This document shows positions 1 through 14,190 of a stretch of DNA of 64,000 nucleotides, piece by piece; position 1 is the first letter of the stretch, and each line of letters begins with the position of its first letter. The stretch comes from Vicugna vicugna (Eukaryota). The translations under genes and the position numbers were made by a program. Where the stretch lies: NCBI GenBank assembly GCA_013265495.1, contig MU057880.1, positions 1,890,527 to 1,954,526 of the forward strand, in the 5' to 3' direction. The notes beneath the pieces were generated by a model. That model did not search any database and had not been told where the DNA came from. It saw nothing but the letters and a program-made list of their open reading frames with translations.

Positions 1-711
1 TCAAATGTCTAGCCTGCATCAAGATATTCCAGTGCCAACCAGCATTCTTACCCAAATCCCATATCAGACTATGTATATTTTCTTCTCAATATTGTTATGT
101 TGACAAATTCCCCAGATTTACTACATCACAGCTTGGTAAAACAAAATAAGATTGTTTTGTCGCAACATCACATACTATCAGCGAGCCCCACTTTCCCCGT
201 TTCATTTCACCCACAGCCTGTCACGAGGACCTGCATGACATGGAGAGACCTTCCACCTGTCCAAAGCCTCGATGGTCACGATCCAGTTCAATTTTGTCTC
301 AGTCATCTGAAAGCCATTTTTCAAGCATCAGCTATGTGTCAACTACTATGTTGAGATTTGGAGTTAAAAAGAAGGGAGATCAGCCCTGTCTTTAAGGAGT
401 TTAGCTTTCTGTATGAAGCAAGAGAAGGTGACAGCATTGCTAAACTATGTAACAGATGTAAGGGCAGAATGGACCCAGAATTGTGTGGGAATGAGAAGAT
501 GAGACACCCGAGGAAATTCCAGGAAGACTTCTCCAGAGTTGCCCTAGGTCTTCCCCCGTGTGAGCACCAGGTATGAATCTATGAAGCTAAAGTCCCACCT
601 TGAAGAGGACAGCAGATATTTTGAATGCTTTAGCTCATGTTTGTGCGTGGTCTTTTGGGCACAGTCATCATGCAGTGAATGACTAAAGCATTCAAAAGCA
701 GCACCATATCA

Positions 712-945
<234 letters not shown>

Positions 946-1592
946 CTACGTGACTTTCAATTGGGAAAGCACTGAGTTACTGCCAAACCCACATCTGAAT
1001 CTGAAATGACACCTGCGTTACTTGGCTGCTTCTAAATAGAGATGTGTCTTGTTTGTCTCTGCGACTTTAAGAGGAGTAGAAAGGGACCAATCAAACCAAC
1101 AAACAAAACAGTTCTTAGAAACAGCTTGTCTCTTTGTGATCACTTTTCACATTCTCCAAAGGTAGTGCGTTGGGGAGTTGATCATATAGAATCACAAATA
1201 AAATCCAAACAATGGCATTTTAGCCCTAACGGAAGAAAAAAAATATGGAATTGGACTGTTACATGCACATCAGCACCACGTGCATTAAGTCTTCTGAATC
1301 ATAACCCTTCAGCAATAGTTTTTTTCTTTTCATTAAACTCTGTTTCTACCTTTGTCTTTAAAAAAGTATGACACTTCTATTCATAGTTATTTTAAAATTA
1401 ATTTCAGTGTCACGTACCAGAAATACATAGATTTTATTTAGAAAAGAAATATTTTAAAATATATGTTTCTGGAAGTTGCTGAACTCCATCTATGGGAACA
1501 TATGTCTCCAGGACTCTGGAAGAAGAGGCGATGGGTTCTCTCACCCTCCTCCTCACACAAAGAGAACTGCCTTCCCACCACTGATGATTTAC

Positions 1593-1697
1593 CTTCCGGG
1601 GCCCATTTGTTTTGAGCTCCATGATGTTAATTGTATAATTTATTCTTTTTCCATTCTGGTCAAACTTGATATTTCCTGAGAGACCTTCAACCTGCAC
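1593..1697 (-). CDS. GRIA2: GluA2 coding exon 8, residues ~351-385 (N370 sequon NYT)
   Basis: [35 protein letters not shown]. Acceptor ttactag, donor AAG|gtaaat; 105 nt. Confidence 0.98.
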
Positions 1698-1945
1698 CTA
1701 GTAAGGAAATGGGAAAAGAACACAGTTAGAAATTCACTTCAACAGCTACAAACTGGTTGACCAGATGACTCTCCTGGAGTGCAAGTCAAGAAAAAGACAC
1801 TTAGCAGGTTTCTTCTCAATCTTCCAAGGGACTTTTGTATAGTTAGGAAATAATTTTCCCTTTGCTCAAAACATAAGAGATAAAAACGAGAATGACTAAT
1901 TCAGCAGGGAAAAACAGTGGCCATTGTTGAGTTTATTTACAATCA

Positions 1946-2170
<225 letters not shown>

Positions 2171-3533
2171 TCAGAGACTCACCATGCACTGGAAATCAAG
2201 ACTGCAGTTGCCCACCATGCAATACCACATCAGAGTTCAAGAATTCAGACACAATTTCTACCTTTAGAAACCTAAGAATCTAAGAGGAGTCATACAGAAT
2301 ATTGGGACTATGGAATGTCCTCTTGATTCTAAACATTTTCAATTATGGTAACATCTCAGCCATTTCAGGTGCACTCTTTCATAGTAATTGTGTTGATGAT
2401 TTTGTTTATGTTTTCTTTTTCAAACTAGTTTCTCATTAGAGCAAGATTTTATGACCTGATCTGCTGATACAGGAAATTATCAAATTAACAAATCAGTATT
2501 TCTCCATTGTCTAATGAGAGATTCATTTGGTGACATGCAAAGAATTCTGACTGGTTTTGAGACTCTGTCTCTAATTTTACCCTAGTGAAACTCACATAGA
2601 TCTGCAGAGATCTTTGGAGTATTTATTTGTTTTTAAACTCCCCTAGATGATTATGATAAATCAAATGGAAGAACCACCAAACTTCATGATTTCTATGCTC
2701 CCTCACGCTTCACTAGTCTATGATAATATTAGTTCTAAACTTACGGTATTCAGATCTCTGTGGGATAGCAGGATTGCTTTTGGAGCTGGGATCCAAACAG
2801 AAAAAAAAATAAAACTACAAAAGTGCACTAAGCATTATCAGGGGCTGGATAAGTATTATTATGGCATGTGTATATACTGCCATCTATCAAAGTATGATGT
2901 TGTCATCAGCAATAATAAATCACATTTTAACATAAAAACCTTAATGATTGCTGAGGAAATTTCTGTTTTCAGTATTTTTCAATCTTTTGTTAACAAAAGT
3001 ACAGAGAATCTGGGGGAAAATATAATATCATACTGATTTTGTGACACGCTAAATTTCTTGACCACAAATTCAAAATGGGCACTCAATATTTCCAAATAAT
3101 CATCCTTTCTTCAGTAACTTGGTTCTTCCACTCTCAAAAATGACTATTCTATACCTTCTTTTTATCTTCTCTAAAACCCACACCTCTGCACACTTTCCTT
3201 TCTCTGAATTCCCGCTGCCTCCCTCACCTTACCTGTCATGGAGGAAACAGAAGCCAACAGACAGAATCCACTGATCTTTTGACCAAAATCTACTAAGTCC
3301 CACATCTCTCTGTTTCCCTCCTGAGTTGACAATGCATGAGGTGGCCATACTCCTACCAGGGGACGGCCACTCCAGCAGTGCACTCACCCTATCCCTCTCA
3401 TCTTCTTGAGGACATTTTTCCTGCAGTTATACCCTCAATATCCTGCATAAGTCTTTTTCTCTATTAGCAATTCAGTGACTCTAATTTTGGTATTGTAAAT
3501 AAGGAAAGAAAGAAATGGGTAGGTTGTGAATTT

Positions 3534-3686
3534 GATAGATAGATGATGATAGGTAGACAGACAGATGGATGGAAAGATAGATGGACGGACAGATAGACAG
3601 ACGGATGGATGGATAGATAGATGGACAGACAGGTGGACAAATAGTTAGATAGATAAATACACAATAAATAAAAACAGATAGATATA
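3534..3686. repeat. Compound tetranucleotide microsatellite (GATA/GACA/GGAT)n
   Basis: Directly visible: gatagatagatgatgataggtagacagacagatggatgg... Confidence 0.9.
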
Positions 3687-3779
3687 ACAACTGTTTCTTA
3701 GGTCCACGTCTCCTTCCAATTTCCACCATCTTTTCCCATTTGTTAAGGGGAATTTCCATTTCACATCAACCCTCTTTGT

Positions 3780-4080
3780 TCTAAGTGATCTCATTCAGTC
3801 CATGGCTTTAAATTACACCTGTGGCCCAGACATGACTTCCCCAGTGGTATCCCTCCTGCTCAGCCCACTCCTGGTCACTCTCCTTCACCTTGTTGTGCCC
3901 TTGTTTATTTCCTTCAGAGTCTCTACCAGTATCTGAACATCTTCTCTGTGTAGTTTTTGTTTATTTCATCTTTCTTCGCCACTAGAATAGTTACTCCAGG
4001 GAAGTGGAAAACTTCTCTGTCACCACTGAATTCTCAGAGCTCAGGGCAGGGTTGGGCACTCTGTGGAGACTCAATAGGAA
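3780..4080 (+). mobile_element. L2 LINE relic, 3' portion
   Basis: gtgatctcattcagtccatggctttaaat and ccactagaat...ggcact...ctcaatag resemble the recalled L2 3' consensus; boundaries approximate. Confidence 0.6.
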
Positions 4081-6371
4081 AGGAGGAAGGAAGGAAGGGG
4101 GGTCAGAGATGTTGATATGGATTATATCTTTATGGGACTTACATGTCTCTCAGTTCGATGAAAAGATACATAAACAGATAATTGCAATATACCACAATAG
4201 TGTTATAAATCAGTCCAATGGTGGATAGATGTCTATCTTGATTATTTTTAATATGAGAGATATTACAATCAGGCAAATGAGAAAATAATTTATGGGGTAT
4301 GAATTATCCCCTCCCCACATCCAGAAGTTTTTTTAAGATGCCACATTTTTAACACTAAAAATGGTACTGTGAAGTTATCACTTAATCTTTGCATGACTCA
4401 GTTTAGTTGAATCAGTTTAACTTTATCATATGAATGAATCAGATTTGATGGGAAAGTTGGGAGGAAGACAGAAGAAAAAGAGAAACTGATTTTGAGCCCA
4501 CATGACAGTGATTGGGTACTGTTAATGGTAATAAGACATTTGCATTTACTGCTAAATTTTCTCACTAAAATTTCGTCTCATATGCTACTGCCAGTTAAGC
4601 AGTGTCATTGCAGGCCTATATATGAGTCTTTCTTGACAAATCTAGATTATCTCTGGATGTTTGCACTTGAGTTTCCTGCAAATACCTCTACCAGATGGCT
4701 CTAAATAAAACCCACTGCCATTTTTTCCCCAGATCTGCAACTCTTTCCTTCAAATTGTACATGCAAGAAATCAGCAAAAGACACTGTATTATATACGCAA
4801 TTTAGGCAACTTATATTCCTGGATTGAAAAATGTAATTTCTGGGAAGCTATCCCAAGAAAATATTCTCAAATACAGAGAATTTTCCCACAAAGATATTAA
4901 TTTCAGTGTCATTGGTAATATGCAAAAATTAGAAAGAATCTAAATTGTTGACAGTAAAGGAATGCTTAAAAACTATGCTTTTTGCCTCGTGGAAGTATTA
5001 TGCAGCCATTAAAAAGTTCTACTAATAAAGGTAATGTGAGAATACCAATAATGCTAGCTATAAGAGAAAAACATTATTACAACTAAATTTTTTTCAACAA
5101 AAAAATGAGAGTAACAAAAAATGGTGATATATCTTCAACAGAAAAATGAAAGAAAAATAAATGAAATGGTAATAATAATAGGGAGGAAACACACATGATG
5201 ATATTTCTTTTCTAACAATTTTACAATATCCATGTAGATTTTTTTAAAGGTAATTTAAAAAATCATATAATATCAAAAGCATTGTTTTAAATCATACCTA
5301 CTGAAGAAAAGGCTCCTTGGAGAAATAGAGATATTACATTAGGATTTATCTGCCTCACTTATGTGTTTGTTTCTAATCTCCTGGGTGGGGTGGGGGAAAC
5401 ACTGGTTAAATTGCTTTCCTTTACAGCAATCAGTCCGTTGCCAATTTAATTCTTGTGATGAAGTTTAGGTCAGGGAATCAGAAACAGAAACTAGGGCCGC
5501 AGTTTGCTTGTGTTCAAGAGTAAAGATCATAGTTAAAAGCCGAAATCTTCATTGAGTCTGACTGCTCACATTACTATGAGAAATCTATAAAGCCATCTGC
5601 TGAATGTTTTAGAGCTCTATAAATGCTGGTGAACTCCATTAAAAAATAAGACTAGGTTGAATGAACTAAAAGCATTTAAGTCCAATGCAGCGTGTTTTCA
5701 TTATGATTCAAAGCGTAAGCCCGCCAAGAAGAAAAATCCTTCCAACCTTTCTCGAATGTTCAAATCTAATCAAGTCTCAAGCCTATTATCACTTTAAATT
5801 AAAAGTCACCATCGTGGAGACACAATTCTGGGCTAAGAGGAAATCAAAAGCCTCTGTAACGGAGTTCCTTCTTGTTTATGTTCTGCATCTGTGGCTCATT
5901 TATTTTTCTAAACAAATATGTTCACATTTTTGATTGGACAGTGAAATATTTCAGTTTTATTCTACCATTCACTAACTAGATGTAAATTAACTTGCAGGGA
6001 ACATGACGGCAATGTAACAATCTCCTCTGAAAACAAATGTATCATCTCTGCCGTGATGTTTATGTTCTGTGAAACCCCTCATCTGAGCTGGAAATGTACA
6101 TTTCAGTGGGGGGTGCCGTGATGCTCTGTGTCCTCTGTCACAGTTGCCTCACACCACACTTGAAGAAGAAACCTGGGAAAACATTTTTATGGCCCATTTT
6201 CCAAATGCGCTTTTTTATCTCATTTGAAATGTATCCTTATTGAGACTTATTTTTCAGGAGGAAAATGAAATATGCATTTTAAACATGTTTGTCATGCCCA
6301 GCAGTTAGCAGACATTATTCAGTAACACATTTCTGTAATCACTGATACCAAATATCTTTACTCTGACAGTT

Positions 6372-6422
6372 AAAAACCAAAACCAAAACCACAACCAAAA
6401 CCAAAACCAAAAACAAAAAAAA
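6372..6422. repeat. (AAAACC)n simple repeat
   Basis: aaaaaccaaaaccaaaaccacaaccaaaaccaaaaccaaaaac. Confidence 0.85.
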
Positions 6423-6954
6423 GGAGATAGGAAGGAGTTCTATATACATTTAAAATCTAATGAATATACAAAGAGAATAAATCGGCTAAAATATAAAATT
6501 TTATGGGCCATCCTAATGTTTGCACCAACTGAAACATGTTATCTGCACGGTGCTGAGATAGGAAAAGAAAATACCATTCAAAAAAGCCCTAGATTTAGTA
6601 CTATGAAAGTGTTATAAAATTTCCTATGAATGGCCACTTTTCAAATTTTCCTTGGCACTTGAAATGGAATTGAGTATAGTGTCAAAAGCACGGAACACAG
6701 CATCTTCTGATCTTTTTCAGGGCTGCATGGAGCCCTGATTTCACTATTTCTGCTCTGTTGCCTGGAGCAAGTTTACTAAAGCATCAGCATCCAAGGTTTC
6801 TTATCAATGAAAGAACAATGCGTCTTCTATGTGGCAGGAGTGTTGGAAAGGAAGGTGAGGGAAAGAGAAAGAGCTCATGTTGATCTAGTTGTCCATGCGC
6901 CAAGCCTGAACCGCAGTTTCTTAAGTCCTTTTTAAAAAAAACTCTATGCAACAA

Positions 6955-7070
6955 ATATTTTTACCCCAATTTTACAGGTGAGAGTTGCCAGTCATCAAGT
7001 GATATTTTGCTCAGGGTCACAAAAATATGTGACCAATGTGGAATTTGAATCCAGATCTCTCTGTTTCTAG
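6955..7070 (-). mobile_element. MIR SINE fragment
   Basis: ccccaattttacaggtgag...ttgctcagggtcaca...ggaatttgaatccagatct matches the MIR core in reverse orientation. Confidence 0.7.
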
Positions 7071-7077
7071 GGTAATG

Positions 7078-7169
7078 AAGGTGATCAACCATCCTGGTTT
7101 GCCTGGGGCTGTCCCAGTTTTGGAACAGAAAGTCTGGAGTCCCGGTCACACTGGGACTGTTGGTCCCCT
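7078..7169. mobile_element. MER81-like non-autonomous hAT DNA transposon
   Basis: ggtgatcaaccatcctggtttgcctggggctgtcccagtttt...agtcccggtcacactgggactgttggtcccct has imperfect long terminal inverted repeats resembling the recalled MER81/MER94 consensus. Confidence 0.65.
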
Positions 7170-7994
7170 TTTTTGGCAAATTCTACATCAAATGAATAGT
7201 TATAGGCAAGGAGATGCTGGATGACTTGTAAAATATGCTAAAGATGCAAGCTAACGACCAGCATGTTTGCCTTATTTTTTCCTTTTTTTACTAACTTGGT
7301 CTAACACTAGCTGATCTTGACAATGTTTTGAAAACCACCACCCTGCTCTACAAGACTCTCTGATCTAGTAAGTTTAGAAAATGATTCTCACATGGGCATC
7401 TTAAAGGCTCTGAGAAATCCTGCAGTAACAAGTTTGATTCTGTTTGATCAGCATGGCCCAAACTAATTACCATTTAATTTTTTTCCTTAATATTAATAGC
7501 TTTCTGTAAAAATAGCATTTGTGCAATATCCTTTGGGGTGTTAAAAGTTTTATGGTCTGGTAAATTTTACACACTCATTTTTAAAATAGTATCAATTGTT
7601 TAGTTAAATAAAATTATTAAAACTGAATGATATTTCCCTAGAGAACCTTGCCCAATAAAATTCTCAGTTTCTTCATTACAAAATGATCAACATAATCAAA
7701 ACTGATAAGCTCGAGGAAAAAGAATTAAGCCTGTAAGAAAAATGTTAGAAAGCCTTGTTTGAAGCTTCTTGGCAATGATCTAGAATCAACTAAAGCCATA
7801 GAAAGGAAAAATAGTATTATGAAGCACATTATAAACTTAATTATTCACTTGTCTTAATTTCAAATTCAACTGAAGTCTACCCCCTGGGACGGATCTGTCT
7901 GTGATGAGTTCATCTTTAATTTCCTATAAAGTCTTTTGAACACGTGCCCTTTGTAGCTTCACCGCATAAAATCACAGTCTTCATTAAAACTTAC

Positions 7995-8800
7995 CATCAG
8001 TGGAGCAACAGGAACCCTCACTTATCGTTGATGGAGATGCAAAATGGTACAGCCACTTTGGGAGACAGTATGGTTGCAGAGTAAACATACTCTTCCCATA
8101 CGATCGATCAATGTCACTCTGATATTTACCCAAAGGAGCTGAAACCGTTTGTCTACTCAAAAACCAGCACACAGAGGTTCACAGCAGTTTTATTCATAAC
8201 TGCCAACACTTGGAAGCAGCCAAGATGTGCTTTAGTGAGTGAACCGATAAATAGTTTGGGGTACATACAGACAATAGAATGTGATCAGCGCTAAAAAGGA
8301 ATGAGCTGCCAAGTCACAGAAAGACATGGAGGAACTTTAAATGCATATTACTAAGTGGGAAAAGCTAATCAGACAAGGCTACCTACTGTATGATTCCAAC
8401 TATATGACATTCTGGAAAAGGCAAAACTATGGAGACAGTAAAAAGATCAGTCAGTGGTGGCCAGGTGCTGAGGGAGGGAGGAGGGGGCGGGATGAACAGA
8501 TGGAGCACAAAGCAGTGAAGACACTCTGTATGAAACTATAATGATGAAAGCACGTTAACAGACATTTGTCTGAAACCACAGAACGTACGACATCAGAAGC
8601 GAAGGGTAATGTGAACCACGGACTTTGGGTGATCACATTAGGTCAATGTAGGCTCATCAATTTAACAAATGTACCGCTCTGGTGAGGACAGTGAGACTGG
8701 AGGAGGTGACACGTGTGGGAGCAGAGGTATTGGAACTCTTTGCACTGTCTGCTCGATTTTGCTGTGAACCCAAGCCTGGTCCAAAAAAATAAAGTCTGAA
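7995..8800 (+). mobile_element. L1MC1-like LINE-1 3' end
   Basis: tgtatgattccaactatatgacattctggaaaaggcaaaactatggagacagtaaaagatcag ... ttttgctgtgaacc...aaataaagtct match the recalled L1MC 3'UTR. Confidence 0.85.
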
Positions 8801-11371
8801 TCAGAAAACTAAGAAAAACACAACATCTGTAGTAAGCACCCAAGCAGTATCACATTTCCAAGGGTGACAAGACAGCTCTATCGGGAAGAAACTAAACTTA
8901 GCATCTTTATTACTGTTCTCTATGAATAATCATTTTAATTCACTGGGAAGAAAGACTCTTCATGCAAAAACAGTATATTGGAAACAACACATTTTGCCTA
9001 AATCATCTAGGTTGGCTACTGACCCTGACTGAAAATCATGCTTAGAGACCGAGATTTTTACGTTCTGAAAATTCACATTCACTTAAGGATTCAGATTTTT
9101 AGCTAAAATGAGTCAGGTTCACAGAGATAGAAAAAAGATACTGAAATCAACACATCGTCTGGTGTTGGTTCCCCCGTAGGCGCGAAAAGGCTTTCTTAGA
9201 GGCAGATTTTTTTGCTGTTGGTTGCATAAATTCCTCCCCCAACAACATCCACTTCTTAGGACTCTTCTAACAGCTGGAAAGTTCCTTATTTTTGGTAGTT
9301 TATGGAAAAAAGAACCCAAATATTTCCCAGGATAATTTAAGATTTGATTTCAGCAGAGATGACCACCTGCAAGTCACTACAATCTTGAGAGACAGAGTCC
9401 ATCTGAGAGTCATTTGAGAACTGTTAGCGTATGTTTTATGAAGCACCTAAATTTACACTTCACATAATCACGGTAGGAGAGATTTTGAAGAAATCTCTGT
9501 GATCACCTACATTTATTGCCTTACAGAAGAAGAGATGTGACAATGAGAGGAACCCAGATGTCCTGCATTGCAGTAAAAACAGTGGCAATGTATTTTTTAT
9601 TTTTAATGATGTAATATACATTTCAATATATTTCAATATTTTTCAATTATTTTCATAAAATAGTAATTTTATCAATATCAAAACTTTAATTTATGGATTT
9701 ATTTCAGCCATATACACACTTTTTAAACCACAAAGCATCACAGACTGATCATATCAACCCTCTTGGTTGCCGTGTGTCAAAATGCTTTAATGTTATTTGT
9801 AGGGATGACAATGTGTCAGCAGTTGGGTTTGGTCAGTTTTTTAACATTCGAGAAGCTGAATTAGTTCTATGAAGCCACCAGGGTACGTTTTAATGCAGGA
9901 CGCTAATTACTGAACTCAAAGGGTTGATACTATTTTCAGGCAGGACTAATAACTCTCTGAGGACAGCAATTAAGGTCTGAATTCCTGCTTTAAGTCTTTC
10001 CCTGAGTAATGGAGACTCTCGCAGGAAAGCCCTACAGTGTCAGTCCTGTGTGACTGCTGAATTCCTTAACACAGGCTGACCCTGACTGACACAAGGCGAA
10101 TCAGTTTCGAACTGTCAACGTGATCGGGTAGAATGGATGCTTCCATCTTGCAAGTTGCTGAAGACCCCCAAAACACTGAATATCTGTCTAAAAATAGAAA
10201 TACTGTGTAAATCGTTTTTGAGATAGTGGCAAAACATCTTTATCATCTGCCTCTTTGCGAACATATTTTTTAAGGAGCGTAAAATGCTCACTTTAATGGT
10301 CCCATTTAAACGCAGGTGCCATGATGGTTCGGGTCTGATGACTAAAGTCATTTCACATCTCCTCCAGTAAAACAACACTACTTTTCTGGCTGACGAATAT
10401 GACATAATCGACACCACAGCAGGCATCTAAACCCCATTTGATAGCAACTATAATTACTTATGATTTTCCTTCTCAGTGACTTGGTATTTTCAAAGTGTTC
10501 ACTTAGATTTTTCACTTCATCCCTCCTCACTTCAACACATCTCCATCACATGCCTACGCTGTGCAAATCACAGCATAAGGTGTGGGGCCAATGAGATCAG
10601 AGGACACAGACTGCCTTTCCGAGTCCGTTTTCAACCCACAAACACCTCTCAACTGAGTTTAGATTCATATATCATAAATGCAGGGCTATGACTGTTGTAA
10701 TTATTATTTCTTTTATAAAAACAGAAATGGCAAGAATTGGCAATTGGACAAATCCATTTATTTCCCTCCATCTTCAAGTCACAACCACTGTTCAGACAAC
10801 TGCCAGCTGGTGCCTGGATTGTCTGTGACATCTTCCTAAAAGCCCCCTTGCCACCACGGTCTGCTGTCACCCATAATCGTCCTGTATCAAGACCATGATG
10901 GCCACTCCCCTCTCTTGGGCCCGTGCTGCTCTCAGAAGAAGAAAGAACATTCCTTAGGAGCTCAAAAAGGCATTTGAGGCCTGCAAAACACCTCTGCTCA
11001 ACCTCCAGCCTTACAGAAATGTTTACATTTTCCTTGCACTGGGGACTTTAATTTCTTATGTCCTCTATGGATAGCCATTGTGCCCTTTTCTTCTACTTTC
11101 TACCTCTCCTTCAGGTTTTAAATTCTATATCACTTCCTTGAAGAAGCCTTTTCTTGCTTCCAGAACTGGGATTAGGAGCTTCTTAAGGGCGCTACCACTG
11201 AATCTGTGCTTTCCTCTCGTTGTTCTTGCAGAAGGCCTTTATTAAATAGCTGCTGTGTGCTGGGAGTTGTTCTAGGAGCCTGGGCTGTCAGTGAACAAAA
11301 CAAACACCAACAAAACCCTCCACCCATTGGAACTTACTTTCAGGCTGGAGAGACAATGAATAAGGTAATGA

Positions 11372-12313
11372 GTATATGTAATCCCAAACTCTTAATTGAA
11401 ACCATAGTTGATTTTCTATGTCTGTGAGTCTAGTTTTGATTTATAAATAAGTTCATTGTATCATTTTTTTAGATTCCACATATAAGTGATATCATATGAT
11501 ATTTGTCTTTGTCTGACCTACTTCACTTAGTGTGATAAACTCTATGTCCTTCCATGTTGTTGCAAATGGCATTATTTCATTCTTTTTTATGGTTAAGTAG
11601 CATTCCATTGTATGTGTGTATGTGTTTGTGTGTGTGTGTGTGTGTGTATACACCACAACTTCTTTATCCAGTCATCTGTTGATGGACATTTAGGTTGTTT
11701 CCATGTCTTGGCTATTGTAAATAGTGCTGCTGTGAACATTGGGGTACAGGTGTCTTTTCAAATTTTCAAATTATAGTTTCCTCCAGATATATACCCAGGA
11801 GTGAGATTGCTGGATCATATGTTAAGTCTATTTTTAGATTTTTAAGGAACGTCCATACTGTTTTCCATAATGGCTGCACCAAACTGCATTCCCACCAACA
11901 GTGTAGGAGGGCTCCCTTTTCTCCACACCCTCTCTAGCATTTATTATTTGTGGACTTTTGAATGACGGCCATTCTGACTGATGTGAAGTGATATCTCATT
12001 GTAGTTTTGATTGCATTTCTCTGACAATTAGTGATATTGAGCATCTTTTCATGTGCCTGTTGGCCATCTGGATGTTTTCTCTGGAGAACATCCAGTTAGG
12101 TCTTCTGCCCATTTTTGGATTGGGTTGTTTGTTTTTTAACAAGGACCTACTATATACCACAAGGAATTATATTTAATATCTTACAATAACCTATAATGGA
12201 AAAGAATCTGAAGAAGAATATAGATATAGCTATTGATGGATATGCATAACTGAATCACTTAGCTGTACACCTGGAACTAACACAGCATTGTGAATCAACT
12301 ACACTTCAATAAT
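11372..12313. mobile_element. L1 with 5' inversion: minus-strand segment 11372-12137 plus plus-strand 3' end 12138-12313
   Basis: ORF2-end/3'UTR sequence in reverse (tagattccacatataagtgatatcat...gagcatcttttcatgtgcctgttggccat) abuts a forward 3' terminus (aacaaggacctacta...tcaactacacttcaataa). Confidence 0.88.
11614..11647. repeat. (TG)n microsatellite within L1
   Basis: Directly visible. Confidence 0.9.
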
Positions 12314-12372
12314 GAAAGAAAGAGAGAAAGAGAGAAGGAGACAAAGAGAGAAAGAGAGAAAGAGAGAAAGAG

Positions 12373-12435
<63 letters not shown>

Positions 12436-12440
12436 AGGAA
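12314..12440. repeat. (GAAA)n/(GA)n purine microsatellite derived from the L1 A-tail
   Basis: Follows directly after the L1 3' end cttcaataat. Confidence 0.92.
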
Positions 12441-13537
12441 ATTATAAATACAACACACTAGGAGGTGTAACAGAAAAATAAACAAAACAAAAAAACTGGA
12501 GCAGGGAAAGGGTGATGAGACACACCTCGATGGGTGGAGACTGTAGTTTTAAATAGAGAGCCTGCTCTTGACCTCCTTGAGAAGATAGCATTTGATCAAA
12601 GACCTAAAGAAAGCAGGCAGCTTAACCACATCTATGTTAAGGGGAGACAAATCCAGAAGAGGAAACCGCCAGCGCAAAGGCCCTGGGGTGGGAAGGTGTC
12701 TCTTGTGCCTAAGAAAAGGAAGAAAGACCATGGTAGCTGCACCAGAGGGGGCAGGGGAGAACGCCCAGAGAGGATGTCACAAGTGACAGGTGACAGGATA
12801 TAGGGCCTCATAGGCCACTGGGATGAGTTTGGCTTTTCTCCAAGTGGCACCTGGGCCACTGGAGGGCTTGGAGAGAAACAGGGACATAATCTAACTTAAG
12901 TTTTAAAAGGATCACAAACATGGAAGATAGACTGGCAAGTGTGGAGGCAGGAAAACCAGTCTAGACCACTGCAGGAATTCCAGCAGCAAGATGGTGGTGG
13001 ATGGATTTAGGGAAGTTGTGGAAAAGGAAGTGAGATGTCCTGGCAGACTGGATGTGGGCTACTGGGAAACAGAGGAGTCAAGGACGTTTCCAAGGTTTTA
13101 GTCAAATGACCAACAGAAGATATGGTTGCCATCAACTGAGATGAAAAGATCGTTGCAGGAATCGTTTTTCAGGGGCTGAAGAGGGAGCAATGGTGGGAAC
13201 CAGAAATTTAGAATGCATCAACACCAAGGTGTCAAAGGACAGTTTCCATCAAAGTGACAAGCTGATTTCTAGCCTCAAGACTGTAAACTCCTTAAAGACT
13301 GGAACTCGGCCTTTTCCCTGACACTTTGAACAGTGCCCGCTTGCAGGGTAAAAACTCAGGTACTGTGCGTTGAATTGATAAACGAATGAATAAATGAATG
13401 TTGCCCCGAATTATCAAATTAGTGCTGATTTAAAGCCTCACCATGGAGAGAATTGGATGCAATGAGTTGTATTTTTACAGGTTTCCAGGCCTATAGCTTA
13501 AGTTTCTATTATAGTATAAAAAATGATTTAAATTATC

Positions 13538-13750
13538 TAGAAGATACTAATATATATATAAAATAAACAAGTTTATACTGTATAGCAAAGGGAACTATAT
13601 TCAATATCTTGCAGTAACTTATGGTGAAAAAGAATATGAAGACCAAAATATGTATGTTCCTGTATGACTGAAGCATTGTGCTGGACACCAGAAATTGACA
13701 CAACATTGTCAACTGACTGTACTTCAATAAAATATACATAAATAAAGAAA
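13538..13750 (+). mobile_element. Lineage-specific L1 3' end (5'-truncated)
   Basis: ctgtatagcaaagggaactatattcaatatcttg...ccagaaattgacacaacattgtcaactgactgtacttcaataaaa. Possible short TSD aaattatc (13530-13537 / 13748-13755). Confidence 0.85.
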
Positions 13751-13759
13751 TTATCCGGC

Positions 13760-14190
13760 AATACATTTGCAGCAATATGGATGGAGCTAGAGATTATCGT
13801 ACTAAGTGAAGTAAGTCAGACAGAGAAAGACCAATACCATATGGTATCACTTACATGTGGAATCTAAAACAATGGCACAAATGAGCTTATTTACAAAACA
13901 GAAACAGACCCACAGACACAGAAGACAAACTTAAGGTTACCAAAGAGGAAGGGGGAGGGATAAATTAGGAGTTTGGGATTCACATATACAAACTACTATA
14001 TATAGAATAGATAAATAACAAGGTCCTACTGTACAGCACAGGGAACTATATTCAGTATCTTGTAACCTATAATGAAAAAGAATACGAAAAGGAGCGTGTA
14101 TGTGTGGGTGTATAACCGAATCCCTATGCAGTACACCAGAAACTAACACAGCATTGTAAGTCAACTCCACTTCAATAAAGCAAATAAATA
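13760..14190 (+). mobile_element. L1 3' end (artiodactyl type)
   Basis: catttgcagcaatatggatggagctagagattatc...gggataaattaggagtttgggatt...cttcaataaag. Confidence 0.88.

Larger units (their letters stand above)
11235..13210 (-). mobile_element. L2 relic split by the L1 insertion at 11372-12440
   Basis: tttattaaatagctgctgtgtgctggg...gtgaacaaaacaaac on the left; catttgatcaaagacctaaag...ggccactggagggcttggag...ttttaaaaggatcac on the right. Confidence 0.7.

Noticed and set aside
9473..9510. Small hairpin (AGAGATTT/AAATCTCT) and the 14-bp palindrome at 53890-53903 as ncRNA or miRNA signals
   Set aside because: The stems are too short, and such matches are expected by chance in AT-rich sequence of this length.
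12290..12481. Lys/Glu/Arg-rich ORF (and similar low-complexity ORFs at 3464-3759, 16251-16559 and 58229-58454)
   Set aside because: These are translations of microsatellites.
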